Made by a program: the position numbers and the translations under genes. Below the pieces are notes generated by a model. It made no database searches and was not told where the DNA came from. It was given only the letters and a program-made list of their open reading frames with translations. 64,000 nt of DNA from Azolla caroliniana (lineage: Eukaryota > Plantae > Polypodiophyta): assembly GCA_043228905.1 (NCBI GenBank), contig JBHGNT010000007.1:186001-250000 (forward strand), in the 5' to 3' direction. Below are positions 28,086 to 41,100 of this stretch, one piece after another (the first letter of the stretch is position 1; every line of letters begins with the position of its first letter).

Positions 28086-28189
28086 AGGAGAATTCAATGA
28101 GTCTTGTCATCTATTACTATCATGTTGGATGCAAGCATTGATGTTAAGTGGACGTAGCTAAGAACATGAATTAAGATGGAGAAGGTGGT

Positions 28190-29273
28190 TGTGGCATATA
28201 GGAATGGAGACGATTTTGGCGGTAATCTCTAACATGGTTTATGCGAACAATGAAGCATATTTTTTAGTTTAGATAAGGATTAGTGATGATGTTGGCGGGG
28301 GTTGAAGCAAATTTTCATGAGGAGAGATAGACAGTACAGTCATGTTATTTTTCTAGGTACAAGATTTTGGTGATAATCGACGACAACGAAATGGTTGATG
28401 TGGACTTGAGGAAGTTTATTTTCTATTGTTTGATCAGGATGAGTAATGATGGTGTGGAGGTTGAAGCATATTATCATGAGGGGAGGGAAAGATTTTCTGG
28501 ACTCATTTATTGTTGTCAGTACAGGATTTTAGTGGTATTCATCGAGATGGCGAAACTATTGATGTAAGACGATTTTCGCAGTAATCTTTGAGGTGGTTCG
28601 GTGGTTGATGCGAACAATGAAGCGTATTTTTTAGTTTAGATAAGGATGAGTGATGATGTTGGTGAGGGTTCAAGAAAATTTTCATGAGGAGAGGTAGAGA
28701 GTACACTCGTGTTGTTTTTGTAGGTACAAGATTTTGGTGATAATCGACGACGGCGAGATGGTTGATGTGGACTTGAGGAAGCTGATTTTCTGTTTTTTTA
28801 TCAGGATGCGTAATGATGGTGTGGGGGTTGAAGCATATTATCATGAGGTGAGGGAAAAAAAAATTAGACTCATTTATTGTTGTCAGTACAGAATTTTGGT
28901 GGTAATCGGCGAATTGGCGAGACTATTGATGTAAGACGATTTTCACAGTAATCTCCGAGATGGTTGATGCGGACAATGAAGCATATTTTCTAATTTAGAT
29001 AAGGATGAGTGATGTTTTTGGCGAGGGTTGAAGAAATTTTTCATGAGAAGAGGTAGAGAGTACACTCGTGTTGTTTTTGTAGGTACAAGATTTTGGTGAT
29101 AATCGACGACGGCGAGATGATTGATGTGAACTTTAGGAAATTGATTTTCTGTTTTTTTATCAAGATGAGTAATGATGGTGTGGGGGTTGAAGCATATTAT
29201 CATAAGGAGGTGAGGAAAAGTTTTTTTTACACTCATTTGTTGTTGTCAGTACAGGATTTTAGTGGTAATTCGT
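28190..29273. repeat. ~360-bp tandem repeat array, left part (3 units)
   Basis: gacgatttt..gtaatct recurs at 28209, 28568 and 28935. Confidence 0.9.
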
Positions 29274-30440
29274 TGTCGTGAAGATCCGTCACTACGCGCG
29301 GATCGTGAGGCGGAACCACCAGAAGGACTCAAAGTTTGCACTAACTTTAGCGAGAAAGGAATTAAGATAGATTGAAAGAGAGAGAGATTGAGATAAGATA
29401 AAACACTTGACTTTAGATTGAGAGAGATTAAGATTGAACTCTTGACTTTAGATTTGAAGAACAAGATGGATACATCAATTGGATAACGAATTTCTTACTT
29501 TTAATTTCTTGATTAATACATCGCTCCCCTTGCTTGATTCCTCCACTCTTTTATAGATGCCCCCATGCATATGGTGCATGTGAGGGTGCAAGACATGCAC
29601 GGAATGCATGAAATGCATGCAATGCATGCTTGCCATGTCATCATCTAAGCTCTCATGTATGAGAATTAGATGTAAAAGTATAAGAAAAAATGTATCCCTA
29701 AAGAAATGATTTGGCTTAATGGTAAGCCTATAGACTCTCAATTGGGAGGTGCAATGTTCAAGTCTTGCATAGATCCCTTTTTAAACCACAACATACTATT
29801 AGACTTTTGGTCTTGTAATTACACCAAATATTTTTAAGACACCATGCACCGCGATCAACCGATCCGTCCGATTTGCACCCGTTGTCGCGAAGAAAACCGG
29901 CCATAGGTGGAATCGGACAAAAAGGCGCATGAACCGGCTCTTACATGGATGGATGCATGAATTGATATTTTGATATTGATTCATAAATGGAACGGCTGAT
30001 CTAAATGCTAGGTAGTACACATTCATTAGGGGATTGTGCGTATCTCTGTCAAAAGGGACAGGGAATAAAGCGATTTCATTAGGGGAAAAGGGCACCCCCT
30101 TTTGGGGAACTATTAAAGGAGAGGAGAGAAGGAGGAGAGAGATCGCGCGTTGGCGAGGACGAAGTGTTGCTGCAGAACCGAGCGTCGAGCTCTCTCTCCT
30201 CGAATCGTCGTTCTCTGCGGGTGTCGGGAGTTCGCGGCCTCTGCTTCGTGGACAGCCCGTGTGCTTCCAGCAAAGTCTCTCCCCTTCCCCTTTCCCCTTT
30301 TGTTTTCTTCGAGTCGTGTGGTTGTCGTCGGTGTGCGTGAGTAGGACCCCGTGTCGAGTCCGTTACCGAGTTGCCGGTTGTAAGCTATTGACTATAGTAA
30401 TCAGATTCCTATTTTCCTTGCTCTTAATCTCTCTGTGTAC

Positions 30441-30525
<85 letters not shown>

Positions 30526-32428
30526 TGGTCCGAGACCCCCGTGGTCCCGCCTCTTTCTACACGCACGCGCGTAACAACGCGACACATTTGGTGAACCCGA
30601 CGTGAAACGGGCGGCAAAGGAGTCAAAAGTTGAGGGGATCGGAGCTAGCAGAGGCAATGGCGGTAGCCGTCGACCTGCTGGTAAGCGCTCATGAGGGGAC
30701 GGGTACCCTCGACAGAGCCATCGAATCGATCGTCGGCACTATAGGCCGATTCGGAGGGAAAGACGCCACAAGTTATTTGGAGGCTTACCAGGCTGAAATG
30801 ATCATGAGGGATATCCCGGTGGACAGGCGGTTGTCCGGATTCCTTCAAGTGGTGACGTCGAGCATCCACGCGGAGGTGCTCAAGGTGTTGGCCGAATGCC
30901 AGACTTGGGAGGAGTTCGAGCTGCGGCTCCTCGAGAAGTACGGGTTTGACGACTCGCTTCGGCTGTCGAGGCGGGACTTCATGGCATGGGTGGAAAGCCC
31001 CGGAAAAGGGAGGAACATGTCGGTGCTCCTCCAGGAGTTCGAAAAACGGTTCGCGCGGCTGTCGACGCTGGACCAGACAGTGCTCGAAACGAGTCGAGTA
31101 CTACTGTTTGTCAAGTCGGTGGACACGCTCGACAGGGAAAAGGTGGGTCCCCTATTGGAAACGGACGAAGGGCTCACGGCAGACTGGGCTGTGGTAAAAC
31201 GGGTCTGCAGCCATTTCGACAAATGGCACGATTGGAGAGACGAAAGCTCGTCGGGGTAAGGACCGGTCCCGGGGAGGAGGCTCGCGGAGCCGGTATCGGT
31301 GCCAGCCGGTAGGAAGGAAGAGACCCAAATCTAGCCAGAGTCGGGGCGTCATCGAAGGACGTAGTCAGAGGCCCATCCGGAGAAGCAGCTCTAGAGGAGC
31401 TGACACAGATGGTGTGCGACCTGCAGATCGCACATGCTCGGAGAGATAGCGACGAACAACCTCGCGACCAGAGGCCGCCGGTTGGGCAGCGGTGCATGTG
31501 GTGTGACGCGATCCATCACATTTGAAAGGATTGTGCGGATTTCGCCGACGCGCTCAGGACCAACGTGGTGTACCTCAAGAACGGGCGGGTGCACGCGAGC
31601 GAGACCCGGAGAGCCCTAGAACTAAATACGGGGTGCGGCGGAATGAAGAGGTTGATGGAAGAGGTCGTGACACGACACGTTGAAGCCGTTAACTACTCAG
31701 TGTCGGCGGGAATTCGGGTCGGGGGTGATGAGACCCAGAAGGCGAAGGACTCCGGATTCTGGCCGCTAGTGCTAGAAGGCCTCTCCAGAGTTCGGCTGAA
31801 GAAGTAAGAGGCGGACCGCACAGTGTCGTGTTATTACGCAAGTGCGTGTGGAAACGAGGCGGGACCGCGGGGGTCTCGAACCAAAGAGCAAGCGAGGGAG
31901 GAGAAAGAGAGAGAACCGGCTACGCAGGACCGGGGATACACAGGGACACGGCCCTTCAGCACGGAGAACGCGAACGAACACCGACACAGACAGATGCGAA
32001 TGACTAAATATATATATCAAGAATGGCTAACACGACTACAACCCTCGATGGGGCACAGGTTGGTTACAACCGAACAGGCCGGCGAACAGATGCCGATGCC
32101 TGTTCGCTTCAACGCACAAAGGGGTTGCCGGTCGGAGGTGCTGCCGGAAGCACTCGGGCGTTCCTCGAAACAGCGCAAGCCTCCTCGGAACCCTGCACAG
32201 AAAAGCTATGGAGCTCAAGAAGGAAGGAAACAGAGGGCGAAGCGTCCAGAAACGGTCCGACAGCACTTCGTCCTCTCCACGCCAGATCCCCTTGCAATAG
32301 CTCTTTCCTGCTCCTTATATAGGCCGACGAGCAGGCCGTCACGTCAGCTTTATTCCCTGTCCCTTTTGGACAGGGATTCGCTTCGTCCTTCACGCATCCG
32401 CGTAGTTACGCCGCCGACTCGTACAGTT

Positions 32429-32802
32429 TGTTGGGATTTCGGTCCCTCCGGATGGGATGTCCGGAGATGAATGACGGCAAGCCCGGAGGCTGTTACCGAA
32501 CCGTATGATGAAGAGTACCCGGCATGAAGCCGGATGAAGAGTACCCGGCTACGGATCCGGATGATGAAGACTCCGGTTACGGAGCCGGATGCTGAAGACC
32601 CCGGTTACGGAGCCGGATGACGTATGTACCCGGAGAGAGATCCGGATGCGGGGACATATCTGTGAATATGTTTGCCAAGGGCCCTTGAGGCTATATTTGT
32701 AAATAGCCCGAAAGTCATATGTGTATAAATATGACTTAGGGCAAACAGTTTTAGGTTGTTGCTCATTTTATGTTTTCAGCCGAGAGAGCGAAGTGTGAGC
32801 AG

Positions 32803-32836
<34 letters not shown>

Positions 32837-35800
32837 GAGGTCGACGTCTCTGTGTATTACCGCCGCCTGTGGCGAAGACAGTGAGCTCAGGGTCGTTGCC
32901 TTGAAGCTTCACCATTGTACATCCCTGTTCATAGTGATAGTTGGAGTTGTGCACTCCCGTGGTTTTTCCCGTTTAGGGTTTTCCACGTTATACCCTGTGT
33001 ATTCGTCTCTCGTGTCTTTCTCTGTATTTCCTATTTTCTGCTGCATTGATCCGTGTTGGCTCGGTTGTGGCCGGGAGGCGAAAGATTTGATAGCGTCAAA
33101 TCCCAACAATCTGGTATCAGAGCGACGGTAACACAGAAAATGGAAGGCGGCGGTAGTGGGCCTCCGGGCATGATGGTGCTGAACGCGCAGAACTACGCCG
33201 ACTGGAAGATAAAGATGGAGGATCTGCTCATTGTTCGGGACCTGTATGAACCGATCGACAGGTCGGAAATACCCAAGGGGGTACTTGAGACGGAGTGGAG
33301 GCTTCTGAACCGGAAAGCCGTTGCAACCATTCGGCAATACGTCGACGTGAGCGTTCTACAACACGTGGCGAACGACACCAACGCATATGAGATGTGGAGG
33401 AAGCTGTCGGGCCTCTACGAGAGGAAGAATGCGTTGAACCGGACCTCCCTGATGAGAAAGATAGTGAACCTCAAGTACCGGGACGGCGAGAGTATGGTGG
33501 AACACGTAAGCACGTTCATGGGATTCGTGAACCAGCTTGCGGCGATCAAGTTCCCGTTGGAGGATGCAATGCAAGCCATCATCCTGATGTGTACTTTGCC
33601 GGACAGCTGGGAGAACTTGGTGGTGACTCTCAGCACCTCCTGCACGGAAGATAACTTGTCCCTACAAACGGTAAAGACAAGTATTCTGAACGAAGAAGCG
33701 CGTCGGAGAGATAAAGAACCGGGCTCCGACTCGAAGGCGCTGCTTACCGAATCGGAACGGGGAAGACATTGGAACCGGAGTCCGCAAAGACGGGAGAAGT
33801 CGGGGACCCGGTCGCAGTCAAGAGGAAGGCCCACATGCTTCCACTGTGGGAAGCCGGGGCACTTCCGAAAGAATTGCCGGCATTACCGAAAAGACAACGG
33901 AGCCGACGACACCGATTCGAAGATGTCACCGGAGAGAAACGGTGCATACCGGGGAGCCACGGACCGGAGAGGTCCGGATCGGCGAGGGCAGGACCGGAAA
34001 GGAACGACGGCACTCGCGGCAAGTGAAGAAGAGATAATGCTCATTACCGAAGAGAGGGAGCTGAACCTTGCCGGTGTAGAGATGACCTGGGTGGTCGATT
34101 CCGGAGCGTCGTTCCACCTGACCCCGGAGAAGAAATACTTCTCATCCTACACAGCCGGTGAGCATGGCTGTGTCCGGATGGGAAATGAAGGCACATGCCG
34201 GATTGCCGGCATAGGAGACGTGTGGCTGATGACATCAACCGGATGCAAGATGCTGCTGAAGGATGTGCGACACGTTCCGGAGGTCCGATTGAACCTGATC
34301 TCGGCCGGAAGGCTAGATGATGAAGGCTACACGGGTAGCATCCGGAACGGCGTAATGAAGTTCAGCAAGGGGAGCCTGATAGTGGCTCGGGCCCGGAAAG
34401 TCAACACACTGTACCTGATGAATGCCCGGTTATGTCCGGAAGAGCTGAATGTGGCAGCCGACACTGCCGGTGAGCTGTGGCACAAAAGACTGTGCCACAT
34501 GAGTGAGAAGGGGATGAAGAGGCTTGCAGAAGACAACCTCATTCCAGTGAAGCATGTGCACCTGGAGAAGTGCACCGACTGCCTGGCCGGTAAGCAAAAC
34601 CGGACCTCCTTCCACTCAAGGCCACCGACGAGACGTAGTGCACCATTGGAGCTGGTGCACACTGACGTGTGTCAGGTAGAAACGAAGTCACATGGCGGAG
34701 CCCAGTACTTCGTAACATTCATTGATGATCACAGCCGGAAGCTGTGGACGGCACCGTTGAAGACAAAGGACCAAGTGTTGTCCGTCTTCAAAGATCTCCA
34801 CGCGAGAGTGGAAAGGGAATCCGGCAAGAAGCTGAAAGCGATACGAGCAGATAACGGAGGGGAATACCGGGGGCAGTTCCAGGAGTACTGTCGCTCGAAG
34901 GGAATCCGGCTCGAGTTTACAGTGCCGAAGACGCCGGAACTGAACGGGCTGGCCGAGAGGATGAACCGGACCATAATGGAGAGGGTCCGGAGTATGCTGG
35001 CGCATGCGAAATTATCCAAGGGATTTTGGGCTGAGGCAATGTCGACGGCGACGTATGTGATAAATAGATCACCCTCAGTACCTTTGGACGGAGACACGCC
35101 GCAGAAAGTGTGGACCGGTAAGGAAGTGTCCTACCGGCATCTGAAGGTGTTCGGGTGTCTCGCATACGTGCATGTGGCAAAGGACCGGAGAGGAAAGTTA
35201 GATCCAAAGACCCGGCCATGCATATTCCTCGGTTACGGCAACGACGAGTTCGGCTACCGAGTATGGGACCCGGTCGACAAGAAGATATTCAGGAGTCGAG
35301 ATATCATCTTCATGGAGGACAAGACACTAGCCGACTGGGAGTCGGAGAAGAAGATGAAGAGCTCCAAGTCGACCGGTGAGGATAAACTCTACGAGGAGCA
35401 GTCCCGACCGGCAAGGGACCGGTTAGCACTCGAGGATCCGGCCGAAGACGGTGAAGAAACAGAACCGGCCGAGGAAGATGAAACTGATACCGGAACCGGC
35501 CCCGATCCCGAAATGGATTCGGATGAAGAGGAAACGGAGGAGCCGGTTACCGAAGCTCCGGAACGGAGATACCCTCTAAGAGAGAGAAGGGCCCCCCGGA
35601 GATTTCCGGAACCAGAGCACGTGCTGCTAACCGACGAAGGGGAGCCGGAGAGCTTTGAAGAAGCAAAGTATGACACCCAGAGCCGCAGGTGGTTGAGTGC
35701 CATGCAGGACGAGATGGATTCCCTGCATGAGAACCACACATATGAACTTGTGGAGTTGCCGAAAGGAAAGCGGGCACTTCGAAACAAGTGGGTGTTCAAG

Positions 35801-37597
35801 CTGAAACCGGGAGATGCCGGAAACCCCCCGAGATACAAAGCCAGGATCGTGGTGAAGGGGTTTCAGCAGAAGAAGGGCGTCGACTTCGACGAGATATTTG
35901 CCCCGGTAGTGAAGATGACCTCCATCCGGACGGTGCTGAGCATAGCGGCAAGCATGGACCTCGAGGTAGAACAGATGGACGTGAAGACGGCATTCCTTCA
36001 CGGTGACCTCGAAGAAGAGATCTACATGCAGCAACCGGAAGGATTCGAGAAGAAAGGGAAGGAGCACCTGGTATGCCGGTTGAAGAAGAGCCTTTACGGA
36101 CTGAAGCAGGCTCCCCGGCAATGGTACCGGAAGTTCGACTCCTTCATGACCGACGAAGGGTACCTCAAAACGCAGTCTGACCACTGCGTGTTTGTGAAGA
36201 AATTCGAAGGAGGAGACTTTCTAATACTCCTCCTCTACGTGGACGACATGTTGATCGTCGGACGGGACCATGTCAAGATACGGATGCTGAAGAAGGCTCT
36301 TCATCGAACCTTCTCAATGAAGGACTTGGGTCCGGCGAGACAAATACTAGGGATGCACATCATCCGGGACCGGAGCAAGAAGCAGTTGTGGCTGTCACAG
36401 GAGAAGTACGTGACAAAGGTGCTTAAACGGTTCAACATGTCGGAAGCAAGACCGGTCGGATCGACCCTCCCGGCAAACTGCAAGTTGTCCAACAAGCAAA
36501 GTCCCAAGACAAAGGCTGAAAAGGAGGATATGATGAAAGTGCCGTATGCCTCAGCCGTCGGGAGCTTGATGTATGCCATGGTGTGTACGAGACCGGACAT
36601 AGGATATGCAGTCGGAGTGGTGAGCCGGTACATGAGCAATCCCGGCAAAGAGCATTGGAACGCGGTCAAGTGGATACTACGATACCTGAAGGGCACGGCA
36701 AACGTGTGCCTCCGATTCGGCTCCGGTAAGCCCGAACTCGACGGCTTTACCGATTCGGATATGTCGGCTGATGCAGATACCAGCCGGTCCACATCAGGGT
36801 ATGTGATGACCTATGCAGGGGGAGCCATTTCGTGGCAGTCGAGGCTGCAGAAGACGGTTGCGTTGTCAACCACGGAGGCGGAGTACATGGCAGCTGTTGA
36901 AGCCGGCAAGGAAATAATATGGATGAAGGACTTCATTAGAGAGCTCGGTATCCGACAAGAGGAGTACCGACTCTACTGCGACAGTCAGAGTGCCATCCAC
37001 CTTGCGAAGAACGCGGCCTATCACTCCCGGACGAAGCACATCCAGCGAAGATATCACTGGATCCGGGAAAGGATAGAAGACCAGGAGTTCGTGCTGACGA
37101 AGATCCACACGGACGAGAACGGCTCAGATATGCTGACCAAAGTGCTCACACCCGACAAGTTGGAGGCATGCCGAAAGAGGATTGGATTGGAGAGACATCC
37201 CATGCCGAAGTGAAGGGGGAGTTTGTTGGGATTTCGGTCCCTCCGGATGGGATGTCCGGAGATGAATGACGGCAAGCCCGGAGGCTGTTACCGAACCGTA
37301 TGATGAAGAGTACCCGGCATGAAGCCGGATGAAGAGTACCCGGCTACGGATCCGGATGATGAAGACTCCGGTTACGGAGCCGGATGCTGAAGACCCCGGT
37401 TACGGAGCCGGATGACGTATGTACCCGGAGAGAGATCCGGATGCGGGGACATATCTGTGAATATGTTTGCCAAGGGCCCTTGAGGCTATATTTGTAAATA
37501 GCCCGAAAGTCATATGTGTATAAATATGACTTAGGGCAAACAGTTTTAGGTTGTTGCTCATTTTATGTTTTCAGCCGAGAGAGCGAAGTGTGAGCAG

Positions 37598-37631
<34 letters not shown>

Positions 37632-37903
37632 GAGGTCGACGCCTCTGTGTATTACCGCCGCCTGTGGCGAAGACAGTGAGCTCAGGGTCGTTGCCTTGAA
37701 GCTTCACCATTGTACATCCCTGTTCATAGTGATAGTTGGAGTTGTGCACTCCCGTGGTTTTTCCCGTTTAGGGTTTTCCACGTTATACCCTGTGTATTCG
37801 TCTCTCGTGTCTTTCTCTGTATTTCCTATTTTCTGCTGCATTGATCCGTGTTGGCTCGGTTGTGGCCGGGAGGCGAAAGATTTGATAGCGTCAAATCCCA
37901 ACA
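32429..37903 (+). mobile_element. Element H: intact, very young Ty1/Copia (Tnt1/Tto1-like)
   Basis: 680-bp LTRs 32429-33108 and 37224-37903 (one substitution seen), iMet PBS 33112-33123, PPT gaagggggag, perfect TSD CAGTT. Confidence 0.97.
33140..37213 (+). CDS. Copia Gag-Pol polyprotein (1357 aa)
   Basis: Single ORF: CFHCGKPGHFRKNC, WVVDSGASFH, LWHKRLCH, INT D-D-E, QMDVKTAFLHG, LYVDD, RTKHI. Confidence 0.95.
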   Translation: MEGGGSGPPGMMVLNAQNYADWKIKMEDLLIVRDLYEPIDRSEIPKGVLETEWRLLNRKAVATIRQYVDVSVLQHVANDTNAYEMWRKLSGLYERKNALNRTSLMRKIVNLKYRDGESMVEHVSTFMGFVNQLAAIKFPLEDAMQAIILMCTLPDSWENLVVTLSTSCTEDNLSLQTVKTSILNEEARRRDKEPGSDSKALLTESERGRHWNRSPQRREKSGTRSQSRGRPTCFHCGKPGHFRKNCRHYRKDNGADDTDSKMSPERNGAYRGATDRRGPDRRGQDRKGTTALAASEEEIMLITEERELNLAGVEMTWVVDSGASFHLTPEKKYFSSYTAGEHGCVRMGNEGTCRIAGIGDVWLMTSTGCKMLLKDVRHVPEVRLNLISAGRLDDEGYTGSIRNGVMKFSKGSLIVARARKVNTLYLMNARLCPEELNVAADTAGELWHKRLCHMSEKGMKRLAEDNLIPVKHVHLEKCTDCLAGKQNRTSFHSRPPTRRSAPLELVHTDVCQVETKSHGGAQYFVTFIDDHSRKLWTAPLKTKDQVLSVFKDLHARVERESGKKLKAIRADNGGEYRGQFQEYCRSKGIRLEFTVPKTPELNGLAERMNRTIMERVRSMLAHAKLSKGFWAEAMSTATYVINRSPSVPLDGDTPQKVWTGKEVSYRHLKVFGCLAYVHVAKDRRGKLDPKTRPCIFLGYGNDEFGYRVWDPVDKKIFRSRDIIFMEDKTLADWESEKKMKSSKSTGEDKLYEEQSRPARDRLALEDPAEDGEETEPAEEDETDTGTGPDPEMDSDEEETEEPVTEAPERRYPLRERRAPRRFPEPEHVLLTDEGEPESFEEAKYDTQSRRWLSAMQDEMDSLHENHTYELVELPKGKRALRNKWVFKLKPGDAGNPPRYKARIVVKGFQQKKGVDFDEIFAPVVKMTSIRTVLSIAASMDLEVEQMDVKTAFLHGDLEEEIYMQQPEGFEKKGKEHLVCRLKKSLYGLKQAPRQWYRKFDSFMTDEGYLKTQSDHCVFVKKFEGGDFLILLLYVDDMLIVGRDHVKIRMLKKALHRTFSMKDLGPARQILGMHIIRDRSKKQLWLSQEKYVTKVLKRFNMSEARPVGSTLPANCKLSNKQSPKTKAEKEDMMKVPYASAVGSLMYAMVCTRPDIGYAVGVVSRYMSNPGKEHWNAVKWILRYLKGTANVCLRFGSGKPELDGFTDSDMSADADTSRSTSGYVMTYAGGAISWQSRLQKTVALSTTEAEYMAAVEAGKEIIWMKDFIRELGIRQEEYRLYCDSQSAIHLAKNAAYHSRTKHIQRRYHWIRERIEDQEFVLTKIHTDENGSDMLTKVLTPDKLEACRKRIGLERHPMPK

Positions 37904-38166
37904 CAGTTCCTTCGCTCGCGCGCGCGACCGAAAAGACTGTTCGCGCGGTCTTTGTCTCCACTCGTGTTAGGGCCCGTTCCCGCCGATTATCCTCCTAATT
38001 CGCTTCTATGTACAACTCGGAGCGTGCGCGCGTGAAGAACCGGTTCCCACGCCTTGGTGCGCCGATTCCGCCTATGGACGGTTTTCTTCACGACATCCGC
38101 CCCCACCTAACCGTGCATCCCCCGGTATGCACCAAGAGAGTTGGGACGGAGAAAACCGGCCCGTCT

Positions 38167-41100
38167 TCATTTCTCGCCCTTCGGTTCTTCCTCGTTTTCG
38201 GATCTTTCGTCAATGCTGACTAGGAGAGCTGGGTCGGGCTCGTCGTCGTGTCGCTTCTTGAACGCTTTGATCCGCTTCCCTGCAACCGGTATCGCCATTC
38301 TCGTGCCGTCTAGTTCCGCCAAGTGATATGTCCTGTTGTCATTGGCGCTCCGCACCACGTAAGGCCCGAACCACCTTCGCGCGAACTTCCGTGTAGCTCG
38401 GTGCTGGTTGTCGAGGCTGCTGTCGTAGACGAGCACCCAGTCACCTTCGTCGATTTTCTTCGGTCGGAGCCGGTGCGTTCGGTCGAACCGGGCTTTGTTC
38501 TTTGTCCTCGCCACCCGGAGCTTCTCCGCAGCCAGTGCCACGTCCTCCGGTCTCCGCTCGAGCTGTCGTATACGTGCGGCCAACAACTCCTCCCGGCTCA
38601 TCTCGTCCCTCCAGTCGACCGTTGCCCACGAGGAGATCGTCCGTTCTATCGGCATGATCGGCTTCTGGCCGAACATGAGCTCCGTCGGCATGTACCCGGT
38701 TACCGAACTGTGCGTGGTCCGGTCTGCCCACAAAGCATAAGGTAGCAGCCGCGGCCAGTTTCCGACTTGGCCTCCGCATGCTCGAACCAGCGCCTTGACG
38801 ATCGGTCCGTGTCCGCGCTCCACCTTTCCATTCGCCTCCGGATTGTACGCAGTGGTGAGCGAGAGCTTGACCCCCAGCCGGTCGAACAGCTCCGCGGCTT
38901 CTTCGGCGTCCAACTCCCCTCGGTCAGCCACGATCTTCCCGACGCACCCGTACCGGCATATCACGTCCTCGATTAGGAACCGACATACGGCCGCGGTCGT
39001 TTTGTTCGGAAGGGCCCGGCCTTCCACCTGGTTCGTCAGATCCTCCCGCGCTAGGACCAGGTACCGCATCTGTCCTACCCCCATTGGCATCGTCACCAGA
39101 TCTACCATCCATTTGAAGTGGATGGTCGGAGGGTACGTGGGGTGAAGCTCGTCCCGATGTCGGACTATGGAGTGCATCTGACAGCTCTCGCAAGTTGTCA
39201 CGAACCGATGCACGTCCTGGTACTGCCCCGGCCACCAATACTTCCCCTTCAGTTTCTCAAACGTAGCCCAAGTCCCACGGTGTCCAGCCCAAGGGCTGTC
39301 GTGGTAGGCCGTCAGCAGCTCCTCCTGTTCTTCCTTCGTCGCCACCACCCGGAGCGGAGCGCCGTCCCTCTTCTTCGGGTGCTTCCATAGATAGCCATCC
39401 CGGAGAAAGAACCGGTACGCTTTCTTCCGGATCCGGTTGGCCTCGTCCTTCGTCCATGACGCATCGGGCGTCATTGTCTTCAAAAACCCACCGATCTGCA
39501 GCCACTCCCCGTCGTACTTGCTCGCGTCGAAGTCGTTAAGCGCCGGAGTGCTTGTTCCGTCGGTTGTTACATACGCAGCCTCGAAGAAGTCCACGCCGAC
39601 CTCTTCGTCCTCCGAAACCATGCCGCCCTCGTCATCGAATCTCGCCCTTGAAAGCATGTCGGCCATGGCGTTGTCTTTACCAGAAATGTGTCGTATTTCC
39701 GGGTCCAGGGACTTGATGTACGCTATCCACCTGAGCATTGCCAGGTCCGGCGTCGCGCATCCGGAAACCATGCCGAGAATCGGCATGCAATCCGTCTCTA
39801 TGATTACCTCTGTCCCGATCAGATAGTCCTTGTCGGCCTTCACCGCCGAAACGATACCCCAGAGTTCGCGTTTAACCTGGGCGTATCCTCGCTGCCGTTC
39901 GCTGAGGACCTTCGCGCCGAATCGGATCGGAAACCGATTGCCGTCCTCGTCTTCTTGGTTGACGACCCACCCGATTCCGGTCGGACTCGTGTCAACCGTT
40001 ATGTACACTGGGGTGCCCTTCCTATAGACGGCCTTTCGGAGCGCCGGTGCTGCCGAAAGAGCCTCCTTTAGCTTCCGGACCGACTCCGTGTGCTTGTCTA
40101 GCCATTCGAATCTTCGCCCTTTCTTCAATAATCCGTACAGCGGCTCCGCGACGTGCGCGTAATGCGGGATCCATATGTGGTAGAAGGCGCATGCTCCCAA
40201 GAATCTTCGTACTTCCGTGACCGAGCTGCAATCAGGCTTCATCGCGGAGATGGCTTCTATCTTTGCCGGAGACGGTTTCCGGCCATACGGTCCACATAAA
40301 TGTCTGACCACCATGATTTCCGACTGCCCGAAGGCTGACTTCTCCCCCGAGAAAGTGAGCCTCGCATCCTCTAGCCTTTGCAGCACCTTCTCGCAGTCGT
40401 CGATGTGCGTTACCACGAATCGCCGGCATCCGTCCGGCCCGATCGTCTCGTCCTTCTCTTCTACCGGGCATCCCTTGATCGGGATGTCGTCTAGAAACGG
40501 CATGGTGATGTCTGGGATGCAGTCCCTCAGCACCTTGTTCATTGCATTCACCATGTGGGCCACCGAGTTGGTCCCTCCTTGCGGCAGCGTACACATCCGC
40601 ACTAGGCCGAGGGGAGTTCGCATCGTCGTAATGTCTCTGCTCTCCACGGCTAGCTGGAACTGGTCGTACCCTGAGTATAGATCACCGACCGAGTAAATCG
40701 ACCTTCCGGCGAAGGCCTCCGCGAACTCGTCTATGGTCGGTCCGATCCCTGCGTTCCGAATGGTCACCCTATTGACCGGTTGCAAGTCCTGAATGAAGCG
40801 CAGTGATCCGTTTTTCTTTGGTACGGTAAACCATCGGTTTGAATACGGGGCGCTCGATGGCTCGAGAATGCCCATATCAACTTTCTGCTTCAACAGCTCC
40901 ATCAACTTCGGGATGTGAGCTCTCGGAACCGGAATTGGCTTGAGATTCCACGGTACATGCGGTACCGTGAATATCACCATCGGCTCTACGGTCGTTGGGT
41001 CTACGCACCCGATTTCCTCCGGTGAGAATGCGAAGGCTTTCCCGTGCCTTCCGAGCATCCTCCGAAATCGGTCTTCCTCCGCCGGTAGTAGGAACCCGCC

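Noticed and set aside
30034-30657. ORFs with SLSLSL/ERERER runs
   Set aside because: Translations of the (CT)n microsatellite in the B LTR.
31823-32470. 215-aa and 325-aa (43533-44510) antisense ORFs in the E LTRs as an extra or env-like gene
   Set aside because: GC-rich LTR sequence with no recognisable domain or TM helix, and not preserved in the related D LTR.
33053-33139. N-terminal extension of the 1386-aa Copia ORF
   Set aside because: Starts at a non-ATG codon inside the LTR. The first ATG after the PBS is at 33140.
38167-38300. Chromodomain at the integrase C-terminus
   Set aside because: Only a short acidic tail follows the GPY module.
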